Positions 50,773 to 61,584 of a stretch of 64,000 nt of DNA are shown here, in pieces (position 1 is the stretch's first letter; the number at the start of each line of letters is the position of its first letter). Source of the stretch: Antedon mediterranea. Lineage: Eukaryota; Animalia; Echinodermata. The notes beneath the pieces are model-generated. The model was not told where the DNA came from. It did no database searches and saw nothing but the letters and a program-made list of their open reading frames with translations. The stretch covers positions 18,025,432 through 18,089,431 of the forward strand of contig NC_092679.1 of NCBI RefSeq assembly GCF_964355755.1, written 5' to 3'. A program made the position numbers and the translations under genes.

Positions 50773-52857
50773 TCAGTCATGTGGGTCTTTAATATTAGTA
50801 TAAGGCGTGTAAGCATAGCATGTAAGATTATTAATCTTTGATGTTTCAATAGGAATCTCACAGTACAGGTGTGAGTCATTACTACTGATACCTTCAAAGT
50901 CCAAATTTAATGAGCCTGGTTGTGGTGGTGGTGATGCTTCTTTTGCAGTAGTTGGCAAAGGATATGATAGTGTAATGATAGTGTCATTACCTTGTTGTCT
51001 GTTTTCCGTGTTACAGAATTTCGGAGTTGGTTCGTTGCGAAAAATCATACTTTCTTCCAATTTTTGCATTAGGTCTAATCTAGAAATTCCAGATGACAGA
51101 TTTCCTGAAGGGATTTCTGAAGGAAGAATCTTTGTTGACATCCTTGAGTCCAAAGTAGCAATTCCAGGTTCCTTTGAAGGTATTCTTGAGGCATGAGCTC
51201 TAGAAGATCTTGCATCTATAGTTTTTGACCCATTCAGAATTGGTTTCTTAGCCGTTAGTGGTTTTTGCTTTAATGTATTGAAGTGAACACCCAATTCTTG
51301 AAACTTTAGTGGTTGATTGTCAGTGGGAAGTACATTGTTATTGAAAGACAATTTCGTGTCATCATCCATCTTTTCTTTCTGTTTCTCGCTTTCCATACCT
51401 TGAAAAAAATCATCATTGATTTGGTTGTAGACATTTTCTTCATTACAGTTCACAGGTGTTTTTGACAGTATTGTATCTGACTGTTGGATGTTTTGTATTT
51501 CATTATCAATTGAAACTTCTTGGTTTTGGTATTCATCATCTGTGTCTTGAATGCATTCACTACCTTCTGTTTTTTCAATGTCCAGCTTATTGGTGTTTTG
51601 CCCCTTATCATTATCAGCAGCAGCAAAATCGTCATTGATTTGGTTGTAGACATTTTCCTCATCACAGGTTGTAGATGTCTTTGACAGTTTGAGATCTGAT
51701 TTTTGGATGTTTTGAATTTCATTATCATTAAATGCTTGGTTTTCATATTCATCATCTGCATGTTGATTGCATTCTTGCTCATTTTGTGTTTTTTCAATGT
51801 CTAGCTTGATGGGATTTTTCAGCTCAACATTATCAGCACTTGGATCAAATGAATCATTGGTTACATCTGTGGAGTTGTTTGACGATGTTCTAAATTTATA
51901 ACACAGAATTAAAATAACTAGAATCAGTAAGAGGATGCCTACTACTGTAACTACTATGATTTTTATGTAATTTTGTGTAGATTTTTGTGAATTTTCTTCA
52001 ACTTTATCATCTTCTGGTTGAAGAATCTTGTATTCTGCAAATCCATGTACGTCATTAGAAGATGTCACATGACATGTCAACTCACTGTCACTCATTTCAT
52101 CAGTGATGTTCAAGTTGAAATGTGATGTGTTGACAAGTAGATTGGTATTGTCTATTGTCCAGTTGTAAATGCATTCAGAACAATTATGTCCAGTCTTGCA
52201 TTGGAAAACTACCAACTGTCCGATTTTAAGATCATCATTAACAACAATTGTCACTATAATTTTGACTTCAATGGCCTCTAAATAACAACTTTCATCTCTC
52301 TCATTACCATTTAGTGCCATTTGACAGCGAAATATTTTTTTGTTATCCTCCTCCTTGATCAACCATGTGTTTTTACGAGTAATATGAGTACTATTTCTGA
52401 AGTCCACTCCATCCTCTAAAAAGCCTTTCCATCGTAGTGTAGGGTTTAGGTTCATGTGCTCAACTTGGCAAACAGCAGTCATATATTCACCAACAGTATA
52501 ATTGTATCGCTTTGAAAAACAAGACTCTTTTGGAAGAACAGTTAAGTAAGCAATGTTTGATTCCTGGATTAATTCTGTTCCAGAATATACTTCACATTTG
52601 TACTTGCCTGAGTGTGATGTATTTACTTTTGAAAATTGCAACTTAAACACGAATTGTTGTCCTTGTTGTTCTTTTACTAAACTGTCGTCATTCTTTATCC
52701 ATTTAACGTTGTAATCAAGTTCTTTGTCAATGTGACATTTCAATGTGGCATCACCATCTTCAAAAATTGTCACATTCGATAAAGTAACTGTAGTCCCTGA
52801 GGCATTTCCCAACGTAATTGTAGTTATGATGATAAGAGTGATTATAAGGAAAGACAT
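50773..52857 (-). CDS. Ig receptor A: single-exon type I membrane protein with 3 Ig-like domains and a long Tyr-motif cytoplasmic tail
   Basis: Signal peptide MSFLIITLIIITTITLGNA (likely ATG 52857, after an acceptor-like ag). Ig1 ATLKC..VKW..HSGKYKC; Ig2 AVC..LRW..FRC; Ig3 FQC..YNW..LTCHV. TM IIVVTVVGILLLILVILILCY. Tail of about 370 aa. Confidence 0.85.
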   Translation of the reverse strand: MSFLIITLIIITTITLGNASGTTVTLSNVTIFEDGDATLKCHIDKELDYNVKWIKNDDSLVKEQQGQQFVFKLQFSKVNTSHSGKYKCEVYSGTELIQESNIAYLTVLPKESCFSKRYNYTVGEYMTAVCQVEHMNLNPTLRWKGFLEDGVDFRNSTHITRKNTWLIKEEDNKKIFRCQMALNGNERDESCYLEAIEVKIIVTIVVNDDLKIGQLVVFQCKTGHNCSECIYNWTIDNTNLLVNTSHFNLNITDEMSDSELTCHVTSSNDVHGFAEYKILQPEDDKVEENSQKSTQNYIKIIVVTVVGILLLILVILILCYKFRTSSNNSTDVTNDSFDPSADNVELKNPIKLDIEKTQNEQECNQHADDEYENQAFNDNEIQNIQKSDLKLSKTSTTCDEENVYNQINDDFAAADNDKGQNTNKLDIEKTEGSECIQDTDDEYQNQEVSIDNEIQNIQQSDTILSKTPVNCNEENVYNQINDDFFQGMESEKQKEKMDDDTKLSFNNNVLPTDNQPLKFQELGVHFNTLKQKPLTAKKPILNGSKTIDARSSRAHASRIPSKEPGIATLDSRMSTKILPSEIPSGNLSSGISRLDLMQKLEESMIFRNEPTPKFCNTENRQQGNDTIITLSYPLPTTAKEASPPPQPGSLNLDFEGISSNDSHLYCEIPIETSKINNLTCYAYTPYTNIKDPHD

Positions 52858-53584
52858 CTTTATTGCTGCCATGAACCAGATGCACACAATAGTGTGTCAC
52901 ATTATTACAGAATGGAAAGAATAAAGTAAAGTGGATTATATGATAGAGGGTGCTATTTATGCAATCATAATAAACATGATTATACTTAAACGACATATGA
53001 AACCAGTTTTATTGAAACATTTACTTTACCTTAATTACAAGATGTATATTTAAGTTTGTTACCATTTTCTGTTCATAATTCACCAAATCTACTTTCCTTT
53101 AAAGTCAACTTAAAATCACACCTTTTCAGATTTTTTATTTACCTTGCTTTATTCTTAAGTGCCCTTTGCTAAATTGTTGAATTAGCGCTATATAAATTTT
53201 TGTTATTATTATTTCAATAAATTGTTTTTGATCATTTTGTAATATGTCAGTTTCCATTTGCTACTATTGGGATGTGATTCCTCGCTCCCCACCCATACAC
53301 AGAATTAATGGTTTCTAGTTCAAGGCAAAGACTGATGACACATCAATTGGCATGACCTACAGTAGTGAGGGCGTCAGTCTTTTTTGTCACAGGTTGTGGT
53401 ACGATTATGAGTTTTTTATTGTGTTTTAGTAGTGGAATTCCCGGGCTTCATACCACTCAAGAGTACACAAGGCGCTTTAAAAAAATGAAATTCAATATAC
53501 AATATCTGGCTTAATAATACGCAATGTCTTTGGAAGGTCACCCCTTGTTGCATCAGATGGTCAGATGTTGCATATTTAAGCTAA

Positions 53585-53760
53585 CATTTGATATTGTTGT
53601 CTCTGAAGGTTTCCCCAGTCTAATTGTAGTTTTTTTATTTATTATAACTTTTATTTTGATACGTATGTACTGTGCACTGTTGTTCATTCAACTGTAATAA
53701 GCATCTCTTTTGGTTATAATGGTACACCTTAAAAGGTAGCATCATCATATTCAAGAACTG
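53585..53760 (-). pseudogene. Degenerate fragments of an A/D-type Ig receptor 5' end
   Basis: Minus strand TTIRLGKPSETTISNVS (about 53585-53635) versus D TTIRLGKTSTTTISNVT. VLEYDDATF (about 53730-53760) versus VLEDEEETL / IFEDGDATL. Disrupted and out of order. Confidence 0.5.
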
Positions 53761-53765
53761 ATATA

Positions 53766-54300
53766 ATCAATCAATCAATCAATCAAATTAACATTTATTT
53801 CTTCCGCAGTAAAATAACAACAAATATCCAATGTAAATTGTAATATGAAGAAAGAGGGAAAAACTCAAAAAGTAACGCCAGATGAAAAATAGAAAACTAT
53901 TAATCAAAAGACCTTGTGACAAGCAAGCCCTAAATGATAAATATAAATAAGAATTACAAATTAATTTACGTACACAAACACACAGACAGGGCAAGAAAAA
54001 AGAAGAAAAAAGGAACAAACGAACATGGGATATAATATAAAAGCTGAGGATGGTATAAGCAACATTTTATAAATCATATTTTGACAAAAGAAATTTTTTG
54101 GCTTTATAAGAGAAAATTTTCCTGGAGGGGGTTGCAATGATTTCAGGAGGAAGGTCATTATATAATTTAACACCGCTATAACGGACGTTGTGTTGGATCA
54201 ACGTAAGTTTGGGCTGAGGAAGATGAAGTTCTAGTAGAATAGGAGTGAAAATCTGAGGAAGAAGCATAAATTGGAGGGAAGAAGAGAATGCAAAGCTTCG
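53766..54300 (-). mobile_element. LINE (CR1/L2 group) 3' fragment with a (TTGA)n tail
   Basis: LHLPQPKLTLIQHNVRYSGVKLYNDLPPEI..FSYKAKKFLL, then a 3' UTR and microsatellite tail at 53766-53787. Confidence 0.7.
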
Positions 54301-54561
54301 TAAACAAAGATATAAAAATGGAACAATCTCTGTGCAGGCCACTGAGTTGTCAAATGCATCTTTAAAAAACCTTACCAACCGTACTGGTGGCTATGGCCCT
54401 GATATTACTTCAGCATATTTGTGCCCTAGCCCTTATTTTGTCCTCAAATCATACAGTTAAAGTTAAACTGACATTAAGGCTTTAGAATGTTCGTGAAGAA
54501 GTCAACACTAAAAATCATTCCTATAAATATTTAACATAATCAACAATAGCACAGCTAATTA

Positions 54562-55952
54562 TCAGAATTTGTTGTTATACATTGCTTCAGACTTCTTCTC
54601 TTTTACATGTCCATAGGCATATGCATATTCAGGGATAGCTTCAAATGTGGTTTGTGTTTTTTCAGTAGTTTCTTGTGCATCTTTTATTGGTAGAGATGTT
54701 TGGTAGAAAGGGGATTCTTCCACCTCTAAATATATTGCAGTTTGGGCTGGTTGGTTAAAATTTGCATATGCATATTCAGGATCTTTATTCAACATGGCAC
54801 TGTGTTGACACCGAATCATATTCTGGTGGGAAAGAGTTTGTAATAAGATTTGACATGTCTTTACTTGTACACATTTTTTTCTTTTAGTTTTAGACATTCT
54901 ATAGATAATTATTGTTATAATGATAATGAGTATTAAAGCACATGCAACAATGATGCATAAATATATGGTATCCACTTTACTCCTTTCATATGGCTCATGT
55001 GTAACTGTAGATATAGAAGTAGCTTCTTCACCTGTTTCATTGTTTTCACTGTTATCAACTAGTATCACATATGAATCTGATCCATGTACATCATTAGAAG
55101 ATGTCACATGACATGTCAGCACACTGTTAATCATTCTATCAGTGATGTTCAAGTTTAGTTGTGATGTGTTACCCAGGTGTATTTGCATTCTGGACAACTG
55201 TGTCCAGTTTTGCAGTTGAATGAGGATAACTTTCCAACTTTAGAATTGCCACATGTAACAATTGTCACTTTTATCTGAACATTTATTAATACTTCACAGT
55301 TTCCCTTTTCTAGGTCTTCAAGGTGGTGATGTGTCCCCTGATTTGTCACATTTAAGATACATGCAAAATGCAATAGATTAAACATTTCTTTAACCAAAAA
55401 CTCATTTTCTAAACTCAAGTGGGTTGCATTGTTGTTTCTTTTCAAAGAAATATTTGTGTTAACATTCCATTGCAGTCTTTGAGAATCAGTAGAAAATCCT
55501 TCAATGATCTTTGAGGCACAGTACAAAATCAGCACATCTCCAACTATGTAGAATGCTTTGTTTGATTGACAAGTTGGTGTAGGAAAGGCAACCACATTAA
55601 GTACAGCAGGCTTAGAAGAATTTAGAATGATGTTGGAACTATTGATGGCATGGCAGCTGTACTCTCCAGAATCTAACAATGTGACTTCTGGTATACTGAG
55701 TTTACATGAGTCATTCTCCTCATCAAAATCTACTTGAATCTTACTTGTTCCAGGATGTAGCGTGTTGCTGTCATGTTTCCAAAAACAAGTAAAATCTCGT
55801 TTCCAATCTGAAAACACACAAAGGAATTCAGCTGTTCCTTCTTCTAGAATATTCTTATCTGTTGGTTGATAAAAAAGATGAAGATCAAAGCTAATTACTG
55901 AACTTAACAGTAAAAAGATCGTGGAAGATGTTGATACAAATTTTAAATTCAT
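54562..55952 (-). pseudogene. Ig receptor B: 3-Ig/TM/Tyr-tail gene frameshifted in Ig3; could encode a 265-aa secreted 2-Ig protein
   Basis: ORFs 55952-55155 and 55197-54562 overlap out of frame. Relative to paralog C, 25 nt are missing at about 55177. The tail is also shortened in frame. Confidence 0.8.
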
Positions 55953-56735
55953 TTTTTAATATAGCAGAGCAATAATACAGTGGACAACAGTTTCCTTTTG
56001 TATACACTGGTTATTTGAATCTATTTTATTTGATTTATAGCCTTGATTTACATCTAAGAACACAACTGAATTTTGTAGGCATTTTCAACCAAAGTTGGTT
56101 TCATTTTCATTTTGCAATCCGCTGAAATAATAATGTTAATGGCCAGCCATAAGCTTGAAAAAAAGTAAATAACTAAACCAAAATTTCCATTAATGCTGAA
56201 TCAATTTCAGCCACTGTGAATGCAAAATTAAGCAAATATAGTTTTTATTAGAATGATATTCTATTCTAATTTTAATGTATTTGTTTATTTTGTATGAATC
56301 AGTCATTTTTAAACACAAATTAATTTGTTCTGATCTTTTTTGACAGTGCCATGAGCAATGATTGATACAAGTGATTTTTTATGTAATCCTTATTAAAAGA
56401 CAAAGTGTTTTTACAAATATCAGATCAACTAAATTACACTTGATTCAAAATGTCACAGGTCACTATAAGACGTTCGTCGGCTTTTTTAGAGGAACCATTC
56501 AATTATTTTTTTAAATTGCATTACATTTACAACCAGATTTGTTGTGCACAAAATCTTATTGAAACATTATATTCCTATAGCATTATTTAAAAAAATTGAG
56601 GCCAATAATTATTTTAGATATGTTGATTTGAAAGTGAGTTAGCCTTTTTATTTTTAATAATATTACAAGAAATTATTGAGAGTCACAATTTAATTTGGTC
56701 ATAAAAGTTTTTTCAACAAAATTCAACCTTGCATC

Positions 56736-57810
56736 TTCAGCTACAGACTTCTTCTCTTTTACGTGATCATATGCATACTATATTACATAGCCTATGTAAA
56801 TACGTGAACGTGATTGGTTTAAACTGCATCACATGACTACCGCTGCGAGGATCGTAAATCGTATATATCCTCGTGTACGATGATATTGACTGGGTAATTG
56901 TCGCGTAATTATCGTGTCCCTGTCATTAAACATAAAATCCAGCAAATTTTCGAGTACGATGATATTGACTGTGTAATTTTCGTGTGGCAACACTCGCATT
57001 TGGGGATGAATAAACAAAAGTTATCTACTGGGTCTTGAAATCGCGATGAAATTTTCACTCCATCACAAGACAACGCTTCATGCGCTGTGCCACAGAACTT
57101 GCTTAAAGAAATTAATCAACTAAACTATTTAAACTATGCATACATAGCGCCCTTATTTGTTATTAGTCCTCCCTAGATGTGATGAAAGACCGTTTGTGAT
57201 TGGTTAATACTCACGGTAGTAGTTAGTTATGCGCGACGTGGCGAACATCCGGTGATTCGGCTCGAAGAAGACGAATTATTCGGCCTACCTGATTATAATA
57301 TTATTGTTAATGTAGGCTTATTGATGGAAATTCTTCTGTTAATTTAAACGACCTAGACCTAAGTGAATATTTTATTGCCAAGGAATCATTTAATTAGTAA
57401 TTATCTGTATATTATTCTTCACAACGTAAGGTGAATTCAACGCCTAACTACTGTAGGCAGGCTTATTACAATACAAAGGAGGCCTAGCTACACCCGACCC
57501 AGCAGTAGATATTCAACTTGTTGTTGGCAATGTAATATCACATTAACAGATATCGCCTTTTATATCGGTAAAATATAAGATTTGACATCCCCTTGGGAAT
57601 GATATTTTTTTCGATGGAATATATTTCCCGAAATGTTAAGGGAAATATATTCTATCGAACAAAATATCATTCCTAAGGGGATGTCAAATCTTATATTTAA
57701 CCTCTAAGTCTAAGCAGGCAAAATCTGTATAATATTCAGGGATATGTAGTTTCTTGTGCATCTTTTATTGGTAGAGATATTTGGTAGGTTGCATATGCAT
57801 ATGAATATTC
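56736..57810 (-). pseudogene. Remnant Ig-receptor cytoplasmic tail split by an insertion of about 950 bp
   Basis: 56736-56778 (ttcagctacagacttcttctcttttac..) and 57732-57810 (atattcagggata..gtagtttcttgtgcatcttttattggtagaga) match the B/C/D tail sequence. Confidence 0.6.
56780..57733. mobile_element. Non-coding insertion with a subterminal near-perfect hairpin (possibly a non-autonomous Crypton-like element)
   Basis: It interrupts the receptor remnant and has short imperfect ends attacatag/ctgtataat. Hairpin arms of 59 bp at 57571-57629 and 57640-57698. The superfamily call is tentative. Confidence 0.55.
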
Positions 57811-58155
57811 ATAACATTGAAACTACATAAATGACATACGAAACCAAATTTTTGTTTTATGAACATTTTTATTTATATACAATAAAACAAGTGTTTTTGA
57901 ACAAATACAAAGCAACAAAGAGAGTAATATTAAATAGGAACATTATGAAAATAATTATGACTAATAACTATTTCTGATTTGTACTATAGCTATATTGCTT
58001 CAAAATGTTTGTGACCTAGCCCTTATTTTGACCTCAAATCGTACAGTTAAAGTTCAACTGACACTAAAAGTTTTAGAATGTTCTTGAAAAAGTCAACAGT
58101 AGAAATCAGTCCTCTATATATTTAACATCATCATTAACAATGGCACAGCTAATTA

Positions 58156-59695
58156 TCAGAATTTGTTATTATACATTGCTTCAGACTTCTTCTCTTTTAC
58201 ATGTCCATAGGCATATGCATATTCAGGGATAGCTTCAAATGTGGTTTGTGTTTTTTCAGTAGTTTCTTGTGCATCTTTTATTGGTAGAGATGTTTGGTAG
58301 ACAGGGGATTCTCCCACCTCTAAATATATTTCAGTTTGGGCTGGTTGGTTACAATTTGTATATGTATCATTATCTTTATTCAATATGGCACTGTGTTGAC
58401 AACGAATCATATTCTGGTGTGAAAGTGTTTGTAATGAGATTTGTTCTGTGGATGAAACATTTGGTACTAGATATTCTGATGACATTGAATCTTGTTTTAC
58501 CACTTCATCTGTTGTGGTGAAATCATCTGGACTACACTGAGTTGAGATGTCTTTATTTCTACACCTTTTTTTCACTTTCTTTCGTTTAGTTTTAGACATT
58601 CTATAGTTAATTATTGCTATAATGATAATGAGTATTAAAGCACATGCACTGATGATGTATACATAGATTGTGGCGATAGAATTAACTTCTTCATCTGTCT
58701 CTTTTTGTTTACCACTGTTTGTCTGGCTGCAGTTATTGTCATTAGTGTTATCAGGTTGCATCACATATGAATCTGATCCGTGTACATCATTAGGAGATGT
58801 CACATGACATGTCAGTAGGCTGCCAATCATTCCATCAGTGATGTTCAAGTTGAGTTGTGATGTGTTGCCCAGTTGACCTGTAATGTTCATTGTCCAGTTG
58901 TATTTGCATTCTGGACAACTGTGTCCAGTCTTGCAGTTGAATGAGGATAACTTTCCAACTGTAGAATTGCCACATGCAACAATTGTCACTTTTATCTGAA
59001 CATTTATTAATACTTGGCAGTTTTCCTTTTCTAGGTCTTCAATGTGGTGTTTCCCCTGATTTGTCACATTTAAGTTACAAACAAAATGCAATATTAAACA
59101 TTTCTTTAACTAAAAACTCGTTTTCTAAACTCAAGTGGGTTGCATTGTTGTTTCTTTTCATATTTATAGAAGAAATATTTTTGTAAACATTCCATTGCAG
59201 TCTTTGAGAATCAGTAGAAAATCCTTCACTAATCTTTGAGGTACAGTACAAAATCAACACATCTCCAACCATGTAAAATGCTTTGTTTGATTGACAAGTT
59301 GATGTAGGAAAGGCAACCACATTAAGTACAGCAGGCTTGGAAGACTTTAGAATGATGTTTGAACTATTGATGGCATGGCAGCTGTACTCTCCAGAATCTA
59401 ACAATGTCACTTCTGGTATACTGAGTTTACATGTGTGTCTCTCCTCATCAAAATCTACTTGAATCTTACTTGTTCCAGGATGTAGTGTCTTGCTGTTATG
59501 TTTCCAAAAACAAGTCAAATCTGGTTTCCAATCTGAAAACACACAAAGGAATTCAGCTGTTTCTTCTTCTAGTGTATTTTTATCTTTTGGTTCATAAAGA
59601 AGATGAAGGTCAAAGCTAGTTGCAAAACTCAGCAATAAAACTATGGTTAAACTTAAAAGATGTTTTGATGCAGTTTTCTGAAACATGTTGATCAT
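58156..59695 (-). pseudogene. Ig receptor C: paralog of B, frameshifted in Ig2 by a 2-nt deletion
   Basis: B reads caatagattaaacatttc and C reads caatattaaacatttc (about 59092). ORFs 59695-59075 and 59091-58156 otherwise give signal, 3 Ig, TM and Tyr tail without stops. Confidence 0.8.
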
Positions 59696-61584
59696 GCAAT
59701 CAATTTATAAATTGATTGTTTTCCAGTTATACAATTAATTTACTTTTGAGTTTTATAATGTTTAATGAAGCAGTAATTATATTTTCTGTTTCAATTTCAT
59801 AGATTGGCGGCCAATAAATCATTGAACTAATTGTCACTGATTGATTGATAGGTGAATGTGAAATGTGATGATACATTATTTCAAGTTCAAGTAATTAAAA
59901 AATAATGTGTTACGTATAGGGCATACTAAATTTCTCTGTGTGTGTGGGATTATATTATTTGTGGAGGGTGTGAAGATTGTTTGTTGTTTCAATGATTAAC
60001 CCCACACCACATAAAACCCATGAGTTGTAATGCCTACAATTTTGTTTTACTTTATCTGCTAGCTTTGTCACCTCAGTTTAGCAATTTGGTTTTTGTAATT
60101 AAAACGTTGTCAATAATTATTGACATATTTTTCTCTAATTGAAGTACTGTACCACGTTTATTCAAGGAAGGTGTTTAATTTTGGGTATTAGTCAAACTTC
60201 CTTGACCTGAAAAAAAAAACACAATATCAAGAAATTATAAAATACAGTACAAATTATTAAAAAACCTGCCACACAATATTGTAGTACTGTATAAAATAAC
60301 ACATTTCTATTTATAGTAGAATTTTACAATATGTCTCCGAACAATAAACGCCTGGGCACTTATTCGAATAAATACGGTATAGTTTCATACCTTTTTTCTG
60401 AGTGGTGGATCAATGAATTTTAAATAGAAAGATTTACTATTTATAAAGTAATAGTAAGTGCTAATGAACCGTGTAGGTAAGGTTTCGGTGAAATATCTTG
60501 TCAACTAATTGTCTGTCAGCCAATTGTCTGTTGCGAAATCATTTTCGACGAAATGTCCTGTTAGTGAAATGTCCAGTCGGCGATTTGTCCGGTTGCCTAA
60601 ATGTCTGTCAACTAAATGGCTTTTGACAAAATGTCTAAGAGTACCGTTTATTCAAGGAGGTCCCGGGCATTTATTTAAAGTGGGGTGTTTATTCAAATAA
60701 ATATGGTATATGGTACTTATTCAAGAACAATGGATGTAGGTAAAGGGTCACTATTGTACATCTCGCATTTAAATATTGTCTCTAGTTTCAGAATAATGAC
60801 TCAATTTATTGAAACAATAACTATGGTATTAAAATACATACATATTTATTTATTACGTTTTTAATACAAAAAGGTTACTTAAACTCGAACACAGTAAAAC
60901 AAAAGTTTAATTTGGGTCAGTGATTAAGTATGGACTTATACTGTTATAGCTTCTCCTGCATTTAAATGATTTCCACTTATTCCTATTGTGTTTGTAACTG
61001 TCATAATAATAATAATAATAATAATATGTATTTATTTAGCACGTACACAAGGCATGTTAACATGACTGTACATTGGTTTTGGTATGGTCGCCTGTGCGTT
61101 GTCTAAATTAGGTCTGTACCATTTATTAGTGTATGTACTACATATACTAATAAAATAATGATACTCGTAAAGTTTTTTGGAGGATTAAAAATAGCTCCTT
61201 GCCAAGTAGATGGGGGTTTTCCCTTTTATTACGCACCAAGTATCCCAGCATCATGTGCAAAGTTACGTGCAATGATACGATACAATGAGAAAATTTAAGA
61301 AATTTACACCTCTAGATGGCTGGAAATTGCACTCATCATAATCAACACTTCAGAAAATACATATTCCATAAAATATTGAGGGGACCATGACCCCATAAAA
61401 AATAACATTGAAACTACAGAAATGACATACAAAACCAAATTTTTGTTTTATGAACAATTTTATTATATACGAAACAAGTGTTTGTATACGAAAACTACAA
61501 CGCAACAAAAGTATTTAAAATAAATTAAGATAGCATAAAAGTAGTACATCTAATCATCAATTTCATAATTTATGTAAAATTTGA

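Noticed and set aside
55155-55197. Programmed frameshift or tiny intron joining the two B ORFs
   Set aside because: Comparison with C explains the break as a 25-nt deletion. I saw no slippery site or convincing frame-restoring intron.
58280-58335. YLEV-x5-YQTSL as an ITAM
   Set aside because: The spacing and the +3 residue of the second motif do not fit YxxL/I-x6-8-YxxL/I. Reported only as Tyr motifs.
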